Position numbers and translations under genes: made by a program. DNA of 64,000 nucleotides, taken from positions 806,001-870,000 of the forward strand of contig OZ116701.1 in assembly GCA_964199315.1 (NCBI GenBank), given 5' to 3'. Positions 50,401 to 60,200 of the stretch are shown one piece after another. A model generated the notes under the pieces. The model had not been told where the DNA came from. It made no database searches and saw only the letters and a program-made list of their open reading frames with translations. This stretch comes from Orbicella franksi. Taxonomy: Eukaryota. Positions within the stretch are counted from its first letter, which is position 1. Each line of letters opens with the position of its first letter.

Positions 50401-51065
50401 TCGAACGGATACCGTAAGGAACGTTTTCGTGTGAGAGGTCACATATTTGCGGATGCATTTTTGTGGTTTAATCCGGAAAGTTCTTCTTTTAACGACGCTT
50501 TTAGGGTCGAGATGGTAGGTGCAGAGTTTGTAGGGTTTATTCCCCAGAGCCTCGTTCTGAGGTCTGTTGGTCAATTGGCGATGTACTTACCTCTTTTTAT
50601 GTGACGCGTGATTGGTGAAAAAAATTCTCCGTGATGCGTGATTTAATAGAAAAATTCAGCGTGATGCGTGATTAGTACCCCACCTTAGCCATCCTCTACT
50701 CTCCCCTGGGGTTCATAGTTTGAGAGAGTTCGTGTTTACTTTTTCCTGAATAGTCTCTTTTGTCCGTGGGATCACACAATGGCAATCAAAGCGTCATTTG
50801 GGACCTTCCCTAATCTTTCTCACTGCGATTTTGCTGCCTATAATAATCTAATAGCATTAGATAGGTAATCAGCATTTTATGGCAACAAAATTATTTCTCG
50901 AGTGTCTGTGGACTGAGCGTGAAGGTCAAAACGTTCTCGTGTAAAGATCACGCGCAAAAAGGTCAGAGAGCAATTTCCTTCGTTGTTTGCGCGTGTCATG
51001 TTAGATGTCGTGACACAGGGTGGATAATTTATGCAAGGAACGCGATTATCAACGAGATTACACAC

Positions 51066-51194
51066 GGGCCGCGTCTGTACACAAGCTACAAGGCAGAGAC
51101 ACAACAAGAGAGCGTGGGCCGCGTCTGTACACAGGCTATAAGGCACAAACACCACAAGAGAGTACACGGGCCGCGTTTGTACACAGGCTACAAG
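51066..51194 (+). repeat. About 50-52 bp tandem repeat x2.5 upstream of the BC-box ORF
   Basis: GGGCCGCGTCTGTACACAXGCTAYAAG recurs at 51066, 51116 and 51168. Confidence 0.9.
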
Positions 51195-51262
51195 TCCTTC
51201 AAGCTAGTTTCACATCCACAGTTTCATCAGAAAATGATTGAGTCTGTTTATCAGCAAAGAAA

Positions 51263-51823
51263 ATGAAAACGGTTTCTGGAGTTCCGCGCCTTACTGATCT
51301 TTGTATTCAGCAAGCTAAGACAAGGTTGCTCACAACAGAATTACTGCTGTCTCTCCCACAAGAGGTTCTTGGAGAGTTATGCGGCACACCTGCTTCACAA
51401 CGTGGCAGCTGTATTGTTCTCATTAACGACACTCCGTTACGAGTAGATGCAAACATGGTTTCTGGTGCAATCTGCGGTTTCCACGTTTTTAGGAGAGAAT
51501 TTTTATTCGGCGAATATCAAACAAATGTGTTTCAGGATTCACTTGAGAGTGCACGATGGAAAAGCTCAGTTCCTCTCAAAGATATTGTGTCCGTCATTGG
51601 AGATTTCTATAAAACCGCACTGGAGGATTTGAATAAAACAAATTGCAATTCGAATCCAAAACATTTGACAGTGCAAAACGGAGAAGAGATTGAAGCATTG
51701 TTATATCAACAAGTTACCCGCTGGGTTTTGAAGCATAACTGTTACTTTTCTCTCGAAATATCAGACGAATTCCTCAAACTCGCCCAAAAAGAAACGATGA
51801 AAGTGAGGATGGCAATACATTAA
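51263..51823 (+). CDS. Intronless 186-aa protein with an N-terminal BC-box/cullin-box-like motif (putative Elongin BC-cullin E3 ligase adaptor)
   Basis: ATG in AAAATGA context and an ordinary globular composition. VPRLTDLCIQQA fits the BC-box pattern (P-x-L-x-x-L-C-x-x-x-hydrophobic) and is followed by LLSLPQEVLGEL. Confidence 0.6.
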   Translation: MKTVSGVPRLTDLCIQQAKTRLLTTELLLSLPQEVLGELCGTPASQRGSCIVLINDTPLRVDANMVSGAICGFHVFRREFLFGEYQTNVFQDSLESARWKSSVPLKDIVSVIGDFYKTALEDLNKTNCNSNPKHLTVQNGEEIEALLYQQVTRWVLKHNCYFSLEISDEFLKLAQKETMKVRMAIH

Positions 51824-54432
51824 AGGAAAATTATTTCGGAACGATACAACTTCAAAAATTTAGGCTTATTTTCACATGTGTGATTTCTTCTGCTTACGGA
51901 GGTACGTTTTGTTTTGTTGAGAACTTTCAATTGACTAATTATAACGCTGCAATCGCACGCGTGAAAAGATGTCTATTGTAGACTGCGACTGAACTAATAG
52001 CAAGTTTGATCAAACTCTAGGCGACAGTTTTATCAGTGAACTATAAAATAACTCAGATATGACCCAGCAGGGTTATACGTGGCAGACCTTCTATTTTGCC
52101 GCTTGCTATTGCGATGAACCCTTGGGTCAGGTCAATTTCAAGCCAATATTAGTATTTAATTACCCATCTTGTGACACGTCGATAAATTTAACTTGCTTGT
52201 TTTTAAGACCAGTTGGTCGGTTCGCAAATATGGCGAGCGTGCTTTGTTTCCATGGAATTCATTAGCTTGTTTTTAGTAATAAAAATGAAAGAGCTTTGCT
52301 ACGTTTGTAAGAAAATAATACCGTTAACTTAGAGCCCAGTACCATGATTTAACTGAGTGAGATTTTGAGATGAAACATCGTAAAACTGTAATACAGAAAG
52401 TAAACTTATTACTAGAGTGTACTGAGTTCAAACAAGTAATTTTTGTTGACTTCAATATAAGAGACGATGTTCTGCCCAAGCTGATTTTAAATCTAAACTT
52501 GTTCTCATGCTATTTTTATCCTCGTCGTTAACTGCCAAACTGTATTGATTATTCTAAACAATCAAAGTCCATTAGTACTGCCGTACCATCTTGATACACC
52601 ACAAACTGTTCTCTCAGCTTTCTTCAATTCATCACTGAAATCTTTGATTATCTATTCTGGCTACTCGGTTGGATTACTGACCATCGTTGAAACGATACCT
52701 GTGGGTTCCGGCCAAGTCACTGAGACTTTATGCAGATGGTAGATAAGTTCTTTAAACCATCTTATTCAATGCCGAAGAGCTGGAATGGATGGCCTTTGCG
52801 TCGACTGTACGTAATGAAAAAATCGTATGTAAAGAACAAAGGTACCAAATATTGAACCGAGCAAATTTGGGTTGGTATCCGCTCTATCTAAAACATTAAG
52901 AATTAAGCCACATGCATACCTTTGGAAGTAATTTCACTGTGCCAATGTATTAAAGTCCGAGGGTCTTGACAGACACAGTCTTCAAACATACCCAGTAAAA
53001 ATGATTTTCTGGATACGTGAGATCCTCAACTAACTGCTCGCTGAACTGAATTGCCTTCTATGATCGTGCAACGCGTATGTATGAATATAACAGGAAAAGC
53101 ATGGACTTCACAAATGTAAATCTCTCTTGCGATATATAATGGATCGACAGTCAAAGCGTAATCTGCACTAATTTCGGAGTTTTTCAGGTAATCAATGCAC
53201 ACATTCTGCAGTAAATCCGACCATATTGTGTTGTGTTGGAACATCTTTAGCGTCTTCTATCTGAAGACTAATCATGAAGATTCAAGTACTGTGGTTCCTA
53301 TTGCTCTGCTCGTTTTTATAGGCAGAGGTAACTTTTGAGGTGATTTTCAATGCTAATAAAAATACGAATGAAAGAATGAGTTCTACATTCATTCCACGAC
53401 TGGACTAAGTAATTGTCAATATAAATATTTTTCTTCAACGCTGTTAACCCCATACAAGTGATATTCAAAGTTAAACGCGAGGAGGCCTTATGCAAACTGG
53501 GTCTTTAACAGCAAACTTCAAACGCGATCTAGCTCTGTCCAGAAAGCTCTCTTATTTCGATTATTCATGCGTGAAATTAGTTTTTACGTGGAGTGGAATT
53601 TTGAATCATATTAACAACTACAGCTGTGTGTAATATATTCAGCATCGAATCTATGAACAGCTGATTTCAAACTTTAAATATTTTATAAGATATAGTCATT
53701 CCTTTCTCTAGGGTAGCACTTCTTTTATTGATTGGAACAAGGAGAAGAGAACGATTTATAGATAAATAACAAAACCTGCCTGTCACTAATACCCCACAAA
53801 CAAAATACAGCATCCAGTTTCAGTTTATTAACGGTTAGTCCCTGCTTGAAGCCAAGTTCAAAGGCTTGCCAGTGTAATTTATTATAAAGGACAAATTACT
53901 TTAATTTATTCGAAGCAGGTGACAGTATCGTTACAAAGTCAATTAAGATATAATTAACACCATAACATTATCGTCACAAACCGGAGTTAATTAAAAATCC
54001 GTCTATAATTAATGAATAGAAAAAAGGGGAGACCCTTGTGAGTCTTGTGAAACCACAGACTCAGCTGCAGAAACAAAGCATTCTTCGGTTCAGTAAAATC
54101 TAAAAGATGTTCCCGTTAACGACATTGATTGTGAAATTTGTACAAGTTTTTGAGTACAAGCCCCTTTAGACAAGGAAAACAAGTGATGCAAGGTTTCAAA
54201 TGTGTTTTCTGGTTATAAGGACAATTCTGATTTTGCTTTGAAGTTTTGTGCGTTCTTTCTTTACAATTCTCTTAGTTGATCAAGTCTTGATGATAAAGAA
54301 TTACATCACTATATATAGGAAAGAAAAATACCTCAGCCGGTTGGACTCCTTAATTAAAAACGTACAATTCAATTGCTTCAAGTTTTTAAGCAAAACGGAA
54401 AAAGAGGAAGCATGCGTTTGCAATTAATTTAA

Positions 54433-55866
54433 TTAGAAACGAAAGCCAAGGCCAGCTTTATCAGCCCTTTCTCGAGTTTGCACTTTAGTTTGATCGCTGT
54501 CCAGAGTAGCATACTGGTTGCCTAGATCCATGAAAGCATCTGCATGTTGAAAAGTGGACGGCTCTTGAGTTTTCACTACGTCCACTTCGTTCCCGCGTAT
54601 ATGAAAGGGAAAGTTGGTATTGACTTTGCTTGGTCGCATGATAAAAAGAAGCCCAACGAATCCCAGGAAACATATCAAAGGATTCAGCAGGCGAACGAGT
54701 CGTAAATATTTTAGTTGGTGCAATTCGTCAAACAACGTGGAGAACGTTAGGGCAGAAAGTGGTGGAAAAAGGAACCACACAGAATAAAACTGCTGGAAGT
54801 AATTGTAGAACTTTCTCTTCTCGGGATGCCTTTTGATTGAAAACGAAGTTCCATAAATAAAACAAGCCCAAGCTAATGTTCTCAAACTACGAACAGCAAT
54901 ATCTAGATAGCTTTCATACGGGATGTGTGATACTTCCGAATCAAAGAACGTTTTGAAAACGAATAGAATTTCGTAGGTTAAGATGTAGAGCCAAAGGAAA
55001 ACCTTGAGTCTTACTTGCTTCTCGCGGTCGAAATGACCTGTGGTTATTATCCAGCCGTTTGCTAACAGAATGAGTAGAACAACAAAGATAACTTCGCTTA
55101 TGGAATGAAACAGTTCAGCACCGGTCTGTAAAGGATGACGTGGCATTCCATTGCCAACGTAATGTGTGTAGTAAATATAGTCAAACACCTGAGCGGCTAT
55201 TTCGCAGCTTAGAGTCATCATAAAAAGCTTGTACGCCCGATGGAGCTTACCTTGGTCAAGAAGCTGGCGTGCGAAAATTAAACCGACTACAAATAGCAAA
55301 ATATTGCCTGCCAGGGGCACTGCTTTATATTCGAGACTATGCATTTCTTCAGCCGGTAAGTGTCTCTCCCACGAGTCTCCGTTCGTGAAAGTTAACTCGT
55401 AGGAAATGTCTAAACCGTTCGTACTACTGCAATGGCTTAACACGAAGAACCACCATCGATCGCGTGTCGATTGGAGCCGAAGTTTTCCTGAGCATTTCCG
55501 AAGATTAGTGTCGTTGCTTGAAGAACACTGCATGGAAAAGTTTCCAGTGTTGCTTGAAACGTTAAGCAGTACATTTTGGAATGTAAGCACATCTTCAGCA
55601 TAAGACAGCTTGGAAGAACAATCCATGTCGTCATTAGAGGAAGCAGATTCATAAGAGTTGTGCGAGTAATAAGCGAGGCTTGGACAACATTCATTCGTTA
55701 CTGAATATTCCACATCATATTTTAACTGGCCTATATCTTCGATGAAAGAAAAGTCAGAAACCAGCACCCACTTCTGGCCGTTGCTGATACCTCCGGATAC
55801 ATATTTTCCAGAAACGAGGCAAAAGATCAGTAACAAAAGAATGAAAGCCAAGTAAACTCTTCGCAT
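54433..55866 (-). CDS. TMEM145: TMEM145/GPR180-like GOST-family 7TM protein, intronless, about 477 aa
   Basis: ATG at 55866 gives signal peptide MRRVYLAFILLLLIFCLVSG, then a Cys-containing luminal domain with RDRWWFFVLSHC and WERHLPAEE, and seven hydrophobic helices (ILLANGWIITTG, PYES, FYSVWFL, NFPFH). The ORF track starts at an upstream TTG (55890). Confidence 0.85.
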   Translation of the reverse strand: MRRVYLAFILLLLIFCLVSGKYVSGGISNGQKWVLVSDFSFIEDIGQLKYDVEYSVTNECCPSLAYYSHNSYESASSNDDMDCSSKLSYAEDVLTFQNVLLNVSSNTGNFSMQCSSSNDTNLRKCSGKLRLQSTRDRWWFFVLSHCSSTNGLDISYELTFTNGDSWERHLPAEEMHSLEYKAVPLAGNILLFVVGLIFARQLLDQGKLHRAYKLFMMTLSCEIAAQVFDYIYYTHYVGNGMPRHPLQTGAELFHSISEVIFVVLLILLANGWIITTGHFDREKQVRLKVFLWLYILTYEILFVFKTFFDSEVSHIPYESYLDIAVRSLRTLAWACFIYGTSFSIKRHPEKRKFYNYFQQFYSVWFLFPPLSALTFSTLFDELHQLKYLRLVRLLNPLICFLGFVGLLFIMRPSKVNTNFPFHIRGNEVDVVKTQEPSTFQHADAFMDLGNQYATLDSDQTKVQTRERADKAGLGFRF

Positions 55867-56339
55867 TCTTTGATGAAACCTGTCTGCCAAGGATTTCGAA
55901 CACTATGACACGCCCAAAATGAGTTCATTATTTACACGTCACAGTAAGAACTTAATTTCTTTATCAAGCAAACTTACTAAGAGATATAGCTCGTTTTATC
56001 TCCTAAAAAGTCGTGTAATGGCGAAACTATATGGCAATACTGAGAGATAACCGTCTCCGTGGACCTTAACTGGGAAATCAGGTCATGGCTGGAGGACATA
56101 AGCCGGCTGCGCGCGCATCTCGAGGAGGTGATAGTTGATCCTCATCAACTATCAGCTCATAGAAATCTCGAGCTCGTAATCTAATTGTTAATAGGAACAT
56201 GATTTTAAACCAATCCGCGAGCATATTTTCTTTGGGCTATTTTGTAAAAGAACTTTCCGTTTCATCGAGCACAGATATATTGACACTTCTTAGCTGAGGG
56301 CAGCGAGAAAAATATTTGTGAACTTTGCGACCCCTACGC

Positions 56340-56372
<33 letters not shown>
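56340..56372. repeat. (CAA)n microsatellite
   Basis: Read directly. Confidence 0.95.
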
Positions 56373-56374
<2 letters not shown>

Positions 56375-56511
56375 AAAACACTGGAAAAGATAACATGTAT
56401 ATGCGGTTACTCGGAGGGACGACAACGTAGACTGTGGCCATCTTTCGAAGATGGACATCTCATCTATTGCAAATGCTTTGAATCTTTCAATGTCTAGCCC
56501 TCTTAGGGCGT

Positions 56512-56615
56512 GATCAGAGAGGAGTGCTCAGATCAGTGAGGAGTGCTCAGATCAGAGAGGAGTGCTCAGATCAGTGAGGAGTGCTCAGATCAGTGAGGAG
56601 TGCTCAGATCAGTGA
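56512..56615. repeat. 19-bp tandem repeat x5.5 (GATCAGWGAGGAGTGCTCA)
   Basis: Five full units and one partial unit between the channel stop codon and the TMEM145 start. Confidence 0.95.
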
Positions 56616-57223
56616 AATCCAGGCTAGTTAGAAAATAAAAATCTTAGATCGCAAACAAGGCGATTCACGCAGGGAGGCATATCGCTCGAAATAATATGTG
56701 AATCTGATTTCAGCCGGAGGGTTCAGCAAACTGAAGAACGAGTGTAAACTTACGAAGAGGACACTTCAAATTAAATAAGAAAAAAACAAGAAGTTAAATT
56801 AGAAGAAACGCCATCGCAGTTATATCCACAACCAAATAAAATCCACTGTTTTTCGGGCTTTATCGCAACTGCGTATGGGATGATTTTTCTACTACTTAAA
56901 TGTTTATCCCGCAGTTCAAATATCAGAGAATTTCATCTATTCAGTGTCTATTCTATTTCAAAATATATTTCTTAGAATTTGTACTCCAACAAGAAAAACA
57001 ATCAGTTACAAACAACATAAACAACTTAAATCTGAACATATCATATTTGCAAAATAGCTCTCACTGGAAGGCCAACGCTTAAAAAAATAAATAGAAAGAA
57101 AATTCAGAAAACATTGCATGTTTTGTTGCCGCAGGAACTTCTTTCGAAGATTTTTTGCAGTTGTTACATTGTACTCAGCTGTAACTAGGTTTGCTTGTAG
57201 AGTCAATCGGCTCACTGCTTATT

Positions 57224-60200
57224 TTAGTTTTTTTTAGTGTGATCGATTGTAGGCTGTTTCATCACGTCTATTTTCTTGAGTGGCGCAGACCTTGGTGTTC
57301 CTTGTCTCACTGTGTCCACCCTAGTGAAAACTGTTTTTTCCAGTGAAGGTGTCCATGCAGTTGTTGCCTTTGTTTTACCTTTCAGCGGCTGTAAGTGATT
57401 AGTTTTGTATAGATTAGGAAGAGAATCACTCAGCCTGTCCCCAGAGAGTACTAAGTCAGCTATGCGGCTTCTGTTTAACCCTCCGTGTACTAGTGTGTTC
57501 ATATCATGCTCATTCAATCCATGATTGATGTTTCCTGTGTCTGGTTTACTCCCAGCATCAGCAACACTCAATGACGAGGCTTCTCTACGTTTCCTTTCCC
57601 GGTATCTCCTGACCGCGCGTGTTATAACCCTTGCGGCGACAATCTCGCGGTTTTTATCCATTGTGGTGGTGGTTTGACGGTAATGTGTTACTGCGGGAAA
57701 AACAGCTCGAAATCTTTCCTCCATTCGCTTCATTAGTAAGTTAAATTCCTCGGAATCAAACTCCTCGTAGCCAGTTAAAACTCTCTTTACCAAAACCTGC
57801 AGCAAGTGCAGACAGTAAATCTTGTCGTCTTCGTACAGCGGTATATTCAGGAGCGCGCATGCGGCCTTGTTTGGTTGTTTAATTCTCAGGTTTCCCTTTA
57901 AGGTGTGCAGAAACTCCGACAGATCTTTATAATAAATGTATTGAGTGCTGTCTGGGTCATACAGCATCCAGTGTTGATAGAACAAATCTATGTCCTCTCC
58001 GGTAATTCCAATCTTTTCTTGCTCCATGACGTTGTTATAATTCTCCAGTATTACAGCAACGTACATGTTGATAAGGACTAGAAAAATAATTACAATGAAG
58101 CTTGAAAAGTAACAAACTGCGATCCAGCCATTTCCGCAATTGCCATTCGACAGCCCTTTATAATTCGGGTCACAATCTGGCGGCTGGATCATCAATGGTT
58201 CTAAAACATCGTTCCAGCCCGCCGCAGTCATAAGGCGAAAAATTAACACCATCGAGTTCAAAAACGTTTCAAAATTGACCACGTCATTCAAAGCGCCTGT
58301 CTTCTTGACATGGGCAAAGAAGGACATTCCTATGATGGCGTAGATGAACATAATGAGAAAAAGTATGCCTCCCACATTGAACAGCGCTGGCAAGGAGATT
58401 ATAAGTGAGAACATGAGCCGTTGAATGCCTTTAGCTTTCTCGAAGAAGCGGAGAAGTCTGCCAACTCGGAATACGCGAACAACACGTAAGAGATTAGGTG
58501 TTATGATGATGCCTGTCTTGTTAAGGTTCTCCACAAGTATACCTGCAAAGCAATTAAAAAAAAACGACTTTTATTAAAGAGGCTTGGGAGGTCGTGCTAC
58601 TTTAGGTCAAGTTTGCGTCAAACCAGTGGCCCATAAAGCCAGTTTCTGTAGCATGAAGCGACTAGGAGTATGTATACTACCCCCCTGGATGGGATGCTGG
58701 TCCATCGTAGGGTTACCCCCCAGCATTAGATTCGCCGGTACCCATTTATACACCCGGGTGAAGAGAGGCACTGTGAGAATAAAGTGTCTTTGTCCAAGAA
58801 CACAACGCATCGTCCCAGGCCAGGGCTCCAACCCGGACTACTCAAGTCCAGCGAGCTAGCCATCATGCCAGCGCCTCTCGCTATATTTAGACCACCTTAA
58901 AAATAAAATGACACTTGTAAAAAAGCCATCGGAACGACAGACTGTGATCCATAGATAAACTGTAAAACATAAGGAAAAGAAAGATAGTACAATACCTCGG
59001 CAAAATGAAATCACGAGCATTTAGATTTAGTTGTTACGAGCGTGGATACGAATTCTGTTGATGAATATTCTCTTTTAATTTGAACCTTAGAAAATGTTCA
59101 GTTTGACATTTGGAATTCATAATCTTCCGCAAATTTCAAATCTAGGTAAAGAACAACAACTCAAATAGTAGCGTACAAGATGGTGCGAGTTTCCAGTAAC
59201 TAGTCCGTAGTCATTGGCAACCAGACACATCTCAGTGCGATAAAGCACTCGAAAGACGGGTTCCCGGCATAAAACACTTCAATATCCACAGTTTGAATAA
59301 AAAGTAACTTATATACTAGTTATGCAACGTTCTCTCGTGGTATACCATGGATTATCCCACGAGTCACTTGTATTTTCTCGGTATACGACGAGTGTGTACT
59401 GATACCAAGAAAATACATGTGACAAGTTTGATATTCCGTGGTATACCACAAGAGAGCGTCACATAACTACGCCGTAGAAAATACAGTGATCAACACAATC
59501 AATGCGACATACGCGTGGCGCGCGATGGGAAGGTTGAGTGTTATACTGTCAAATATAAAACGGCTTTCCTGTATTTTGATTGGCTGTATTCTCTATGGCA
59601 TGGCATAAATTTCGATATCCTGACAATTTCTTACCTACTATCGACAATACGACAATGACGAAGTCAAACACATTCCAGCGCTGTTGAAAATATCCCCATC
59701 TCAGGGCGATAATTCTTAGTATCGCCTCAATGATAAATATACAGGTGAATACGATGTTGAAGTATTGTGATGGACACATAGGGCGATCTCTTGTTAAGGA
59801 CAAACACGATGTAATGTCTTAATAAGCTACCAGAAAGGTTATTATAGGTGAAATTTCTACATTATTTTTGTAGTTGTTTTTTTTCGAGCATTTTTATCTT
59901 GAGTCCCTGGCTCGGTAGAACGGGCAACCACTTCCTGTGTCACGTCTTTAAATAAATTATAACTACTACCATTACTAGAAAACTGGCTTGTTACCAAGTT
60001 CTCAGTTGCCCAGGGAAAGGTTAAGTCTTTTCCTGTCTCAGGAGACTGGAAAAGACAGATGCCTTATCGGTACCAGTGCATGTGGCTTTTGTTTGCGACT
60101 ATAACGCTGCTCCCCTCCCGGGAGGATGGAATGTCTGATAGGGTTTTCAAACCATGGGTGAAAAGAGACACTGCATCAGTAAAGTGTTTGGCCCAAGGAC

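Noticed and set aside
52545-53280. Short minus-strand open frames that look protein-like
   Set aside because: The frames are broken by stops, and I found no recognisable motif or consistent splice model. A decayed pseudogene cannot be excluded without tBLASTn.
56512-56615. CRISPR-like look of the 19-bp, 48-bp and 50-bp arrays
   Set aside because: The units are contiguous or nearly so, with no unique spacers, the context is eukaryotic and there are no cas genes.
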